DNA from: a virus
Lineage: Duplodnaviria; Caudoviricetes
Length of the DNA: 64,000 bases
IMG/VR virus record: IMGVR_UViG_3300009155_000035
Strand: one strand, 5' to 3'
A model generated the notes under the pieces. The model made no database searches and had not been told where the DNA came from. It saw only the letters and a list, made by a program, of their open reading frames with translations. A program made the translations under genes and the position numbers. Each line of letters opens with the position of its first letter. Positions within the stretch are counted from its first letter, which is position 1. This document shows positions 47,996 to 58,413 of the stretch, in pieces.

Positions 47996-50107
47996 ATGGC
48001 AATTAACAAAATTTCTGGCAATATACTAGCAGATAATCTGCAACGCGGTGCTAATTTAAGTATTCAAGGCAATCTATTTTATGTAGATGTTGTCAATACT
48101 CGCCTTGGCGTAAACACTAGTTCACCTACTGCCACATTGACTATTGCTGGCAATACTGTTATTTCAACAACTCTTAACGTAAGCGGAAACGCAACAGTTG
48201 GTAATTTGCAAACATCTGGGGGATTGACTGCAACCGGGGGGTTAATTGCAACTGGTAATATCACCGGCAATGGTGTGACTCTGGCAGCCAACACTATTTT
48301 GGCTGCATCTGGCAAGCTGGCTTTGGGATCAAACGCAAATATCTTGATCACTGGCGGATCTTCAAATTATGTTCTTACTACCGACGGCACCGGCAATTTG
48401 TCATGGTCATCTGCAGGTTCTATTGGTGTTATTGGTAACTCTATACCAATGGGAACCAATTCATTAGGTAATCTTGTTAGCAACGCCGTGACGCTGACAA
48501 CTGCAACCACTGTGACCGACGGTATTACTCAATTAAACACAGTGCTTGGAAAATTAGTACCAGCAAGTCCCCCCAATTTTCCAAATAACACAACCCTTTC
48601 AATAACCACAGCAACTTCATCAGGTCGTATGTGTAACTTTGTACAAACTGACAACACTCCGGCAGCCAACAAATCAGTTGCAGGTGGTACGGTGGTATCA
48701 GTAGTGCGTGGCAGTTCGTATACAACCAACACTATTACTAATACTGGTCCCGGGGACACCGGAACATTAACAGTATATTTGAATGGAACCGGTGCTGGCA
48801 ACGTAACATTTAACACTGGGGCATCGCCTAGTGCAAACGGTACATACGGTAACTTGGTTGTAACTAACAATTATGATTATAACACCGCCAACGCAAACAT
48901 TGCGGCAGGATTTTGGTATGTGTTCTCATCTCGGGCCAGTGGCACAGTTACACAAGGCTGGAATGAAGTATATTTGGCAGACACTGCCGCAGGCAATACC
49001 AACACTCCATCATGGTATTATGATGCAGCCGCTCCGGGAACACCAGTTTATTCAAACGTGTCTGTGACTGCATGTGCTAGTCCTAGTTTAAGTTATTCAA
49101 GCACAATTCCACACTATAACTCAGGAACACAATTTGGTTTTGGGTTTAGTGTAAACAAATTGTCTGGGGATTTGTATCCAAATAATGGAAACTTGTTGAC
49201 AAACTCAACTGCCGCAGGAGGTGCTTTTCAAGCGCCAGCTAGTGTAACGTATGCCTCTGCCAATGTTACTGTGCCGTTGACTAGAAACTTATATGTAAGT
49301 TCGGGCACAGCAACAGGAAATACAACAGCTAATATTGTAGCATCTGGGTTTGGGTCTAGCTCAACTGGACCAAGCGTTACTGTAACCAACAGTTATAATT
49401 CAGCATCACAAGCATTTACCACGGCCCTGGCCGCAACGGTGCTTTATAAGAATGGCAACAGTACTGCCATTGACGAAGGCAATGTTGTTGTAACTAGTGT
49501 GGGTACTGGATCTGGTAATGCATTTAGAATTATCAACCCTGGTGCAGGAAACACTCCGACATATACTGGCAATGCGTCGGCATTTAACAGCCAGTCTAGT
49601 ACATTACAAACTTATGACGCCACAGTGGTGGGCAGTTCCAGCCAAGGTGTATTAAAACACGATCAAACCAATTATGCCACTGGGTATTTGCCAGCAGGAC
49701 CAAATTTAAGTTCAGGAAGATCAGGAACACAGTATTTTACATTTAAATTTGTAAGAACTGATGTGAGTAAATTTGATATCACCTATGCTGGAAATGTAGC
49801 TGGTATGTGGGTAGCATTGCCTGGAAGTGTGATTGATGCTAGTTCAAGCGCCAATGGTTGGATTAACATGACTCAGGCTTACGGTGGTGCAGGATATCCA
49901 GGAGTCAACAGTCCAGGCAATGGGTCAGACGGGTGTAGCTTGGGCGGAGCAGTAACACCCAATCTAACCACAGCGTCAGTCAGTAAAACATGCACGTTTG
50001 GCACAGTTTCAAGCTCGAGCACTGCAACAAATGAAATTTACGTTAGGATAGCTCTAACGTCAGGGCAGTCAGTAACTGGCCTATCACTTAAGGCAGCGAG
50101 CAACTAA
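47996..50107 (+). CDS. Virion fibre/appendage protein (703 aa)
   Basis: G/N/T/S-rich beta-structured sequence. Confidence 0.6.
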   Translation: MAINKISGNILADNLQRGANLSIQGNLFYVDVVNTRLGVNTSSPTATLTIAGNTVISTTLNVSGNATVGNLQTSGGLTATGGLIATGNITGNGVTLAANTILAASGKLALGSNANILITGGSSNYVLTTDGTGNLSWSSAGSIGVIGNSIPMGTNSLGNLVSNAVTLTTATTVTDGITQLNTVLGKLVPASPPNFPNNTTLSITTATSSGRMCNFVQTDNTPAANKSVAGGTVVSVVRGSSYTTNTITNTGPGDTGTLTVYLNGTGAGNVTFNTGASPSANGTYGNLVVTNNYDYNTANANIAAGFWYVFSSRASGTVTQGWNEVYLADTAAGNTNTPSWYYDAAAPGTPVYSNVSVTACASPSLSYSSTIPHYNSGTQFGFGFSVNKLSGDLYPNNGNLLTNSTAAGGAFQAPASVTYASANVTVPLTRNLYVSSGTATGNTTANIVASGFGSSSTGPSVTVTNSYNSASQAFTTALAATVLYKNGNSTAIDEGNVVVTSVGTGSGNAFRIINPGAGNTPTYTGNASAFNSQSSTLQTYDATVVGSSSQGVLKHDQTNYATGYLPAGPNLSSGRSGTQYFTFKFVRTDVSKFDITYAGNVAGMWVALPGSVIDASSSANGWINMTQAYGGAGYPGVNSPGNGSDGCSLGGAVTPNLTTASVSKTCTFGTVSSSSTATNEIYVRIALTSGQSVTGLSLKAASN

Positions 50108-51369
50108 TGGCAGTCTCAATAGCACAATATGTTGATTTGTTGTTTAAAAAGCTACAAGGTGTAGCCAAAACAGCCAACAGCACAACCAAAAGCGCCAGCA
50201 ACGAAAGCATTGCCAGCCCGGCGTTTTTACGTGGCGATATTGTATGGGTAGAATCGAGCCAAATTGGAAACACTGCCCAAGCAATTGCAGGAATTTCCAC
50301 AGCCTACAGAAACGGTAGTGCAGTAGAATGTGTGGCAGATACTACAGTACCCCCAATCGGCAGCATTCGACCCACTTGGTTAACCAACAAAACCTACTGG
50401 ATACCACAGGAATTTGGCGCAGCCTGGCTGCCAAAGGTATTTGTTGGACCCAGCGGTGCTGCCAACATTGAAGCAACAGGTACACAGATATTTTCTGCTG
50501 GCGTTGGCGGAGTTGGTGAATACTATTTTGATACACAAGCCGGGGTTCTAAACTTCATAGGCGAAACTATCCCCACAGTACTTACAGCAGGTAATGTTGT
50601 TTATGTTGCGGGCTATCAATATTCAGGATTGCTTGGCACATCAACTCTACCGGGAAATACCACGATTGGTAATTTGGTAATAGCAAATACCACTATAACT
50701 ACAAATCAAGCAAATGGTAATATTATTCTAGAACCAACTGGGAACGGTCTTGCAATCGTTGATACCACAACAGGATTCGTGTTACCAGTTGGTAACACAG
50801 CATACAGACCATCAAGTCCTGCACAGGGCACAATACGATTTAACACAAGCTCAACTGACGTGGAAGTTTGGGACGGAACTCAATGGACTGGGATCGGCGG
50901 CGCCACCGCCGCAATTACAAATCAGTATATTACCGGTGATGGAAGTAACACTGTTTTTACACTTAATCAAGAATCCAGTGCCGCAGCCATTATTGTTAGT
51001 ACCAATGGTGTGGTGCAGTTTCCGGACATTGCCTACACAGTTACCGGTAATTTGATTACTTTTGTTGAAGCACCTGCATCGACTGATGTGATTGACGTTA
51101 GATTTACCGCAACGCTCAACACAATTAATGCTATTACTAATGCATCGGGGCAAGAACTGATCATTAACCCGTCAGGTGTGGTAAACATCACTAACACTCA
51201 AAGTATTCAACTGCCCAGCTACACTGTGGCACAAGCAAATGCTCTTGGAAACGTAGCTGCCGGGCAAGTTATCTACGTTTCCAACGGCGATAGCGGAAGT
51301 CCCTGTCTAGCAGTTTATTCAGGTGGAATCTGGAAACGGGTTAGTTTTGGCGCAACAATAAGCACCTAA
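50107..51369 (+). CDS. Virion structural protein (420 aa)
   Basis: LPVGNTAYRP...GTIRFNT and GDGSNTVFTL modules. Confidence 0.6.
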   Translation: MAVSIAQYVDLLFKKLQGVAKTANSTTKSASNESIASPAFLRGDIVWVESSQIGNTAQAIAGISTAYRNGSAVECVADTTVPPIGSIRPTWLTNKTYWIPQEFGAAWLPKVFVGPSGAANIEATGTQIFSAGVGGVGEYYFDTQAGVLNFIGETIPTVLTAGNVVYVAGYQYSGLLGTSTLPGNTTIGNLVIANTTITTNQANGNIILEPTGNGLAIVDTTTGFVLPVGNTAYRPSSPAQGTIRFNTSSTDVEVWDGTQWTGIGGATAAITNQYITGDGSNTVFTLNQESSAAAIIVSTNGVVQFPDIAYTVTGNLITFVEAPASTDVIDVRFTATLNTINAITNASGQELIINPSGVVNITNTQSIQLPSYTVAQANALGNVAAGQVIYVSNGDSGSPCLAVYSGGIWKRVSFGATIST

Positions 51370-51434
51370 TTTTACTAGCACATACTTTATTATTCAGTGG
51401 CCGCCATAAATAGGTATAACTGGAGGAAACGCTC

Positions 51435-54400
51435 ATGGCCGTTACAAGAATTAAAAATAATCAGATCACTGATGCAACAGTGGTTGCTAGTTCAAAGCTA
51501 GTTGACTACTCAATCACCGCTGCAAAAATTGCCAATAATTTAACCTACAACAGTGATCTTACGGTTGTTGGTAATCTTACTGTTCAGGGTAATACAACCA
51601 CAATCGAAACAACAAACTTGATTGTTGAAGATCCGTTGATTTTGTTAGCTAAAGAACAAACAGCGGCCCCTGCACTGGACATTGGTTTTATTGGTAAGCG
51701 TGGTACGTCAGACAATATTGCTTTTGTCTGGGACGAAAGTTCACAGCAATTTGTCACAGTGTTCACATCAAGTGAAAACACAAACACAGTTATTACCATC
51801 AATAGCTATGCAAGTTTTCAAACTTTAAATTCCAATGTAACTGGAAATCTATCAGTTACTGGAACTACATCTGCCACAGGTAATGTAACTGTTGGCAATA
51901 TTTTTGTTTCTGGAAATACTAAAACAATTGATGCTGGGTTAAATGTTATTGGTAACGTTCAAGACCCTGTTTCAGCACAAGACGCAGCCACCAAAGCTTA
52001 TGTTGATGGATTTATCAGTGGTGGTATCACAATTGAAGATGATACTTCAAACACAACGGTTCTTGCCCTAGACGGAACACTAGAACTGTTGGGCACTGCG
52101 AGTGAAGTTGAAGTGCTTATCACCAATGTTGATCAAGTAACTTTTGGTCTGCCAGCAAATGTCACAGTTGCTAACTTACTCTCAGCAACAACTCTCAGTG
52201 CAACTGGTAATGTAATTGGCGGTAATATCAAAACAGCAGGATTGGTCAGTGCAACTGGTAATGTAATTAGTGGTAACATCAACACAGCAGGATTGGTCAG
52301 TGCAACTGGTAATGTAATTAGTGGTAACGTAGTAACCAGTGGTGCTGTCAGTGCAACTGGAAATGGTACATTTGGTAATATTTCAACAACTGGTACTTTC
52401 CAGGCAGCTACTTTAAGTGCCACAGGCAACATCACTGGTGGTAACTTACTAACTGGTGGACTAATTAATGCAACTGGCAACGTCACAGCTGGAAATCTAA
52501 CAACTGCTGGGCTAACATCGACTGCTACATTAAATGCTTCTGGTAATGCCAACGTTGGCAATTTAGGCACCAGCGGATTAATCACAGCAACAGGTAATGT
52601 CAACACATCGGCAGGCGTATTGGCTGTCGGTAATGTAACTGCTGGTAACATCAATACCGGCGCTCAAGTGCTAGCACTTGGCAACATCACAGGCGGCAAC
52701 ATTATTACTGGCGGAGTAATCACTGCAACTGGTGGTATCAGTACAGCAGCCGGTGTAACAGCAACTGGCAATGTCACTGGTGGTAATTTGATCACTGGTG
52801 GTGCAATTAGTTCCAGTGGTAATATTTCTGGTGCAAATGTAAACGCAACTGGCAACATTGTTCCCACAGCCAATGTAACATACAACTTGGGCAGTTCAAC
52901 AGCACAGTGGAAAGACTTGTATGTTGGAGGCTCTACAATTTATCTAGGAAATGTTCAGTTAAAAGCTGCCACAGCCAACACTTTGACAGTTACCGCAACT
53001 GATGGCACCACTTTGGGTTCTGTAACTGCCGCAACAGTGAGTGCTAGTGGTAATGTAACAGGTGGTAATGTACTAACTGGTGGATTGATTAGTGCCACTG
53101 CTACCATAACTGGTGGCAACTTGGCCACAGGTGGTACAGCAAGTGCCGCAGGTAACATCACTGGTGGTAATGTACTAACTGGTGGATTGATTAGTGCCAC
53201 TGCTACCATAACTGGTGGCAACTTGGCCACAGGTGGTACAGCAACTGTGACCGGCAATATCACTGGTGGTAATTTGATCACTGGTGGATTGGCATCTGTA
53301 TCGGGTGCAATTACAAGCGGTAGTACAATATCAGCAACAGGTAATATCACTGGTGGCAACTTAGGTACTGGTGGAGCAGCAGCTATATCTGGTGCAATTA
53401 CAAGCGGTAGTACAATATCAGCAACAGGTAATATCACTGGTGGTAATTTAGTTACAGGTGGACAAATAGACGCAACTGGCAACGTAAACGGTGGCAACGT
53501 TAACACCGGGGCTGTTAAAAACACAGCCGCAATGACCATTGCCACCACAGCTGGTAATATTAATTTAGAACCAACTGGTAACATCGTACTAAACAACAAG
53601 TATATTAATGGTGTAAGTCAGCCTGTACAAGACAACGATGCTGCCAGCAAGATTTATGTTGACAACATGGTGTCAACACAGTTGGCATATCACCAAGCAG
53701 TATTGGCAGCTACAGTGGGTAACTTGGCTGCAGCCACAGGTGGTGCCATTACGTACAACAACGGCACAGCTGGAGTTGGTGCAACATTGACCACGACTGG
53801 TGCATTTACCTTAATTGATACTGCAAACGTTGCCACAGTTGGCACACGTATTCTTGTCAAGAACCAAGCTGATGCTACACAGAACGGTGTTTATGTTTAC
53901 ACAAGTCCAACAGTAATTACTCGTTCTACAGACGCAGACACATATGGACCAAACAGTTCTACCGACTTGAGTATTAACGACTACTTCTTTGTCACTGGTG
54001 GCAATGTCAATGCTGGTAGTGCCTATATTGTTGATGCACCTTCAGGAGTTATTACTTTTGGTACCAGCAGTATTACGTTTGCTCAATTCAGTAGTTCACA
54101 AACATACACAGCTGGCAACGGCGTCAGCATCAATGGCACAGTAATTTCGGCCAAAGTTGACAACGATACCACAGCATTTGATGGCTTAGGTAATATCATT
54201 GTCAAAGCTGGTGCAAACTTAACAACACCAAACATTGGTGCGGCCACTGGTACAAGCCTGAGCGTAACAGGTAATGTGTCAGGCGGTAACCTAACCACTG
54301 GTGGATTAATTTCTGCAACTGGTAACATCACTGGTGGTAATGTACTAACCAGCGGACAAGTAAGTGCTACCGGTAATGGTACATTTGGTAATATCTCAAC

Positions 54401-57400
54401 AACCGGAACATTTAGTGCCGCAAGTTTAAGTGCAACTGGAAATATCACAGGAGGCAATTTGCTCACTGGCGGTATTTTAAGCGCAACCGGCAATGTGTCG
54501 GGTGGTAACTTGATCACTGCTGGTTTGATTACAGCCACAGGCAACGTCAACACATCAGCCGGTGTTTTAGCTACAGGTAACGTAATTGGTGGCAACTTAG
54601 TCACAGGTGGCCTAATATCAGCTACTGGAAATATTACCGGCTCAACAATATTTGGGCAACAAGCTAATATTACCGGCAATACTCACAGTGGAAATGTAAT
54701 ATCGTCTGGCATTATCACTGCCACTGGCAATGTGTCTGGTGGTAATTTAACAACAGCTGGTTTGATTACAGCTACAGGAAATATCAATGGTGGCAATGTT
54801 ATTAGTTCTGCACTAGTACAAGGTACAACTGTAAGTGCGTCTGGTAACATTGTTGCTGGTAATGCCAATATCACTTCTGCAGTCAACTCAGCCACAGTGT
54901 CAGCTACAGGAAATATCAATGGTGGCAATGTTATTAGTTCTGCACTAGTAGAGGGTACAACTGTAAGTGCGTCTGGTAACATTGTTGCTGGTAATGCCAA
55001 TATCACTTCTGCAGTCAACTCAGCCACAGTGTCAGCTACAGGCAATGTCACAGGTGGCAATTTAATCACTGCTGGGTTGATCACAGCAACCGGCAACATC
55101 ACCGGTGGCAACTTAAACATATCTGGCCTAGCATCGGTCACTGGCAACGTAATAAGCGGTAACTTAACTACTACTGGACTAACGTCAACTACTACATTAA
55201 ATGCCTCGGGCAATGCCAACGTAGGTAATTTAGGTACCAGTGGATTAATTACAGCCACAGGAAATATCAATGGCGGCAATGTTGGCACTGCCGGACAAGT
55301 AAGTGCAACAGGTAACATTACTGGTGGTAACTTGATCACTGCTGGTTTGATTACAGCAACAGGTAATGTCAACACATCGGCAGGCGTATTGGCTACTGGC
55401 AACGTCACAGCTGGTAATTTAAACACAGGCGGAAACGTAATCACAGGCGGGTTAATTACTGCTACTGGCAACATCAGCACCGGTGCTAACTTAATTGCCA
55501 GCGGATATGCCACAGTAACTGGTAACGTCACAGGTGGTAATGTACTGACAGGTGGATTAATTTCAGCAACTGCCAACATCACTGGTGGCAACTTACTAAC
55601 TGGCGGTTTAATTTCAGCAACTGCCAACATCACTGGTGGCAACTTACTAACTGGCGGTTTAATTACTGCAACTGGTAACATTACAGCCGGTAACATCACC
55701 ACAGCTGGCCAGGCCAACTTAGGTAACATTGTCATCAGTGGTAACAACATCACTGGCACAAATGGTAAAGTTACATTTAACTCTGCTGTAGCCGATGTTG
55801 ATTTTATATTCTCTGGTGACAGTATTGCAAACTTGCTGTATATTGACGCAGGGACAGACACAGTTAATATTGGTACAGGCACCCCAGTGGCAAATGCCGT
55901 ACTTAATATTGGTACCACCAATTCGATAATTATTCCAGTGGGTACTACTGGTCAACGACCACCAACTCCTGCTACTGGTATGTTGCGTTTCAACACTAGT
56001 TTGGATGCAGTTGAATTTTATGATGCAACCCAATGGACCATTGCTGGTACAGAGTTTACAATTGTTGTTGCAAATACACAACAAGGTAATGGTACACAAG
56101 TAAACTTTGGACTACCAGGTAACTCAACAACAGCAAGTACAATTGTTGCAATTAACGGCGTTTTACAGACTCCGGTGACTGCGTACTCTGTTGCTGGCAA
56201 TGTTTGTACATTTACAGAAGCGCCACAATCAACTGATACCATTGATTTCCGTATTCTAACTACCACAACAACGGTGGCTGCTATTTCTGGAGCAGGTGGT
56301 GGCACAGTTGAAGCAAGTTCAACTGAAGCCACTATCAATATTACTGGCAACTTAGTTGTTACTGGCGGAACGCTTACAGGTGATGGTAGTGGACTAACTA
56401 ACCTAAACGTATCTGGAAATTCAATTAGCTTTGGTACTTCTAATGTGGCAGTGAGAACCAACAACGGCAATGTTGAAACAAACGTTAATGGTACCACAGT
56501 ACAAACTGTTAGTCCAGGACTAGTGGCAATCACAGGAGACTTGAGTGTTACTGGCAATGCAACATTGAGTGGCAACATCCTAGGCGACAGAATACAAAAC
56601 GGTACAACTACCATCGATATTCAAACACCCAATGGCAATGCCAACATCACAGTGGGCGGTACAAGTAATGTTGCTGTGTTTAGCACAACTGGTGCTAATA
56701 TTACAGGCACTTTAAGTGCTAGCGGCAACATCACTGGCAGTTATATTTTAGGTAATGGTAGCCAACTAACCGGCATCGATGCCACAAGTATTCAGAGTGG
56801 TACTAGTAACGTAAGAGTTACAAGTTCAGGTGGTAATGTAACAACCAGTGTTGGTGGAACAGCCAACGTGGTAGTTGTAACTGGCACCGGTGCCAACGTT
56901 GCAGGTACTTTAAGTGCTAGCGGCAATGTCAGTGGTGGCAACCTAAGTGGTACTAACATTGTGGGAACATTGACCACAGCGGCACAGACCAATATTACTT
57001 CAGTGGGTACTTTGGGTGCATTGAGTGTTACTGGCAACATTACTAGTGGCAACCTAAGTGGTACTAACATTGTGGGAACATTGACCACAGCGGCACAAAC
57101 CAATATCACAAGTGTGGGCACATTGGGCTCATTGAGTGTTACAGGTAACGTAACGCCAGGTGGTATATCCACAGCTGGTAACATCACTGCTGGTTACTTG
57201 TTTGGTAATGCTAGCTTGGTAACTGGACTTAGTGCTAGCAAGATTGTTAACGGCACAAGTGAAGTTAACGTTGCAACCAGTGGTGGTAACATTACAGTTA
57301 AAGTTGGCGGCGATTCAGTTGTTACATTTGCAGGCGCCAACCTTTTAGCAAATGTAATACCTAACTATGGTATTGTTGCAAGTGGTAACATCACTGGCAG

Positions 57401-58268
57401 TTATATTTTAGGTAATGGTAGCCAGCTGACAGGTATTGATGCTACAAGTATTCAAAGCGGCACCAGTAACGTAAGAGTTACAAGTTCAGGTGGTAATGTG
57501 ACAACCAGTGTTGGCGGTACTGCAAACGTGGTAGTTGTAACTGGCACAGGTGCCAATATTGCAGGCACCATAAGTGCAAGTGGTAACATCACTGGTGGCA
57601 ACTTAGCCACAGGTGGTACAGTAAGTGCAACCGGCAATGCCACAGTTGGTAATATCAGTGCCACAAATCACACAGGTACTACTGTAAGTGTAACAGGTAA
57701 TGTGTCAGGCGGTAACCTAACCACTGGTGGATTAATTTCTGCAACTGGTAACATCACTGGTGGCAACTTGAGTGTAAGCACTGGTACAGTAACATTGGGC
57801 AACATTGTTAATAGCAATGCTAACGGAGTAGGTAACATTGGTAGCTCAGGCACCTACTTTAATACGGTGTTTGCTAAGGCAACGTCGGCACAATACGCTG
57901 ACTTGGCAGAAAAGTACATAGCAGATGCAGAATACGAACCAGGTACTGTTGTGGCATTTGGCGGCGAACACGAAGTTACAATCGGTGCATTTGATTCTGA
58001 TCGAGCAGTAGCTGGTGTGGTTTCTACAAATCCAAGTTATATCATGAATGGAACATTACAAGGCGAATTTATTGCCACAGTAGCATTAACTGGGCGTGTT
58101 CCGACTCGTGTTGTGGGCAAAGTACGCAAAGGAGATTTAATGGTATCGGCAGGCAACGGTTGTGCTCGTGCCGAACTAGATCCTCGAGTTGGCACTGTAA
58201 TTGGTAAAGCTCTTGAAAACTTTGATGGTGTAGAAGGTGTAATTGAAGTTGTTGTAGGACGAGTCTAA
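51435..58268 (+). CDS. Long repetitive fibre protein (2277 aa) with C-terminal intramolecular-chaperone/peptidase G2-like domain
   Basis: Many ~17-18-aa ATGNITGGNL(L/I)TxGLI repeats; C-terminus ADLAEKY...GVVST...ALTGRVP...GD...VIGKALE. Confidence 0.8.
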   Translation: MAVTRIKNNQITDATVVASSKLVDYSITAAKIANNLTYNSDLTVVGNLTVQGNTTTIETTNLIVEDPLILLAKEQTAAPALDIGFIGKRGTSDNIAFVWDESSQQFVTVFTSSENTNTVITINSYASFQTLNSNVTGNLSVTGTTSATGNVTVGNIFVSGNTKTIDAGLNVIGNVQDPVSAQDAATKAYVDGFISGGITIEDDTSNTTVLALDGTLELLGTASEVEVLITNVDQVTFGLPANVTVANLLSATTLSATGNVIGGNIKTAGLVSATGNVISGNINTAGLVSATGNVISGNVVTSGAVSATGNGTFGNISTTGTFQAATLSATGNITGGNLLTGGLINATGNVTAGNLTTAGLTSTATLNASGNANVGNLGTSGLITATGNVNTSAGVLAVGNVTAGNINTGAQVLALGNITGGNIITGGVITATGGISTAAGVTATGNVTGGNLITGGAISSSGNISGANVNATGNIVPTANVTYNLGSSTAQWKDLYVGGSTIYLGNVQLKAATANTLTVTATDGTTLGSVTAATVSASGNVTGGNVLTGGLISATATITGGNLATGGTASAAGNITGGNVLTGGLISATATITGGNLATGGTATVTGNITGGNLITGGLASVSGAITSGSTISATGNITGGNLGTGGAAAISGAITSGSTISATGNITGGNLVTGGQIDATGNVNGGNVNTGAVKNTAAMTIATTAGNINLEPTGNIVLNNKYINGVSQPVQDNDAASKIYVDNMVSTQLAYHQAVLAATVGNLAAATGGAITYNNGTAGVGATLTTTGAFTLIDTANVATVGTRILVKNQADATQNGVYVYTSPTVITRSTDADTYGPNSSTDLSINDYFFVTGGNVNAGSAYIVDAPSGVITFGTSSITFAQFSSSQTYTAGNGVSINGTVISAKVDNDTTAFDGLGNIIVKAGANLTTPNIGAATGTSLSVTGNVSGGNLTTGGLISATGNITGGNVLTSGQVSATGNGTFGNISTTGTFSAASLSATGNITGGNLLTGGILSATGNVSGGNLITAGLITATGNVNTSAGVLATGNVIGGNLVTGGLISATGNITGSTIFGQQANITGNTHSGNVISSGIITATGNVSGGNLTTAGLITATGNINGGNVISSALVQGTTVSASGNIVAGNANITSAVNSATVSATGNINGGNVISSALVEGTTVSASGNIVAGNANITSAVNSATVSATGNVTGGNLITAGLITATGNITGGNLNISGLASVTGNVISGNLTTTGLTSTTTLNASGNANVGNLGTSGLITATGNINGGNVGTAGQVSATGNITGGNLITAGLITATGNVNTSAGVLATGNVTAGNLNTGGNVITGGLITATGNISTGANLIASGYATVTGNVTGGNVLTGGLISATANITGGNLLTGGLISATANITGGNLLTGGLITATGNITAGNITTAGQANLGNIVISGNNITGTNGKVTFNSAVADVDFIFSGDSIANLLYIDAGTDTVNIGTGTPVANAVLNIGTTNSIIIPVGTTGQRPPTPATGMLRFNTSLDAVEFYDATQWTIAGTEFTIVVANTQQGNGTQVNFGLPGNSTTASTIVAINGVLQTPVTAYSVAGNVCTFTEAPQSTDTIDFRILTTTTTVAAISGAGGGTVEASSTEATINITGNLVVTGGTLTGDGSGLTNLNVSGNSISFGTSNVAVRTNNGNVETNVNGTTVQTVSPGLVAITGDLSVTGNATLSGNILGDRIQNGTTTIDIQTPNGNANITVGGTSNVAVFSTTGANITGTLSASGNITGSYILGNGSQLTGIDATSIQSGTSNVRVTSSGGNVTTSVGGTANVVVVTGTGANVAGTLSASGNVSGGNLSGTNIVGTLTTAAQTNITSVGTLGALSVTGNITSGNLSGTNIVGTLTTAAQTNITSVGTLGSLSVTGNVTPGGISTAGNITAGYLFGNASLVTGLSASKIVNGTSEVNVATSGGNITVKVGGDSVVTFAGANLLANVIPNYGIVASGNITGSYILGNGSQLTGIDATSIQSGTSNVRVTSSGGNVTTSVGGTANVVVVTGTGANIAGTISASGNITGGNLATGGTVSATGNATVGNISATNHTGTTVSVTGNVSGGNLTTGGLISATGNITGGNLSVSTGTVTLGNIVNSNANGVGNIGSSGTYFNTVFAKATSAQYADLAEKYIADAEYEPGTVVAFGGEHEVTIGAFDSDRAVAGVVSTNPSYIMNGTLQGEFIATVALTGRVPTRVVGKVRKGDLMVSAGNGCARAELDPRVGTVIGKALENFDGVEGVIEVVVGRV
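54769..55042 (+). repeat. Near-perfect 132-bp tandem duplication
   Basis: gctacagg recurs at 54771, 54903 and 55035; the copies differ visibly only at caa/gag. Confidence 0.85.
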
Positions 58269-58278
58269 CCAACAATCC

Positions 58279-58309
58279 AAAATAGGGCAGGCGACTGCCC
58301 TATTTTTTT
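58279..58309 (+). terminator. Intrinsic terminator after the fibre operon
   Basis: AAAATAGGGCAG-GCGA-CTGCCCTATTTTTTT. Confidence 0.9.
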
Positions 58310-58312
58310 GGA

Positions 58313-58413
58313 TAAATATACAATGGCAGCCGGGCTGTGTGATTGGTAAAGCACTGGGAGAATACAACAGTGATGAACCAGGTGTGATTGAAGTAGTAAT
58401 AGGGAGACTATAA
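58313..58413 (+). pseudogene. Remnant of a deleted fibre-type gene
   Basis: TAAATA then ATG GCA out of frame with QPGCVIGKALGEYNSDEPGVIEVVIGRL*, a paralog of the fibre C-terminus. Confidence 0.65.

Noticed and set aside
52200-57800. Repeats as a CRISPR array or DGR template/variable pair
   Set aside because: In-frame coding repeats without unique spacers; mismatches are not adenine-specific (caa vs gag); no cas or reverse transcriptase gene in the window
52133-57853. Long minus-strand ORFs (up to 412 aa) rich in LPPV/ITLP
   Set aside because: Antisense mirror of the G/N/T repeat codons of the fibre gene; low stop frequency is expected
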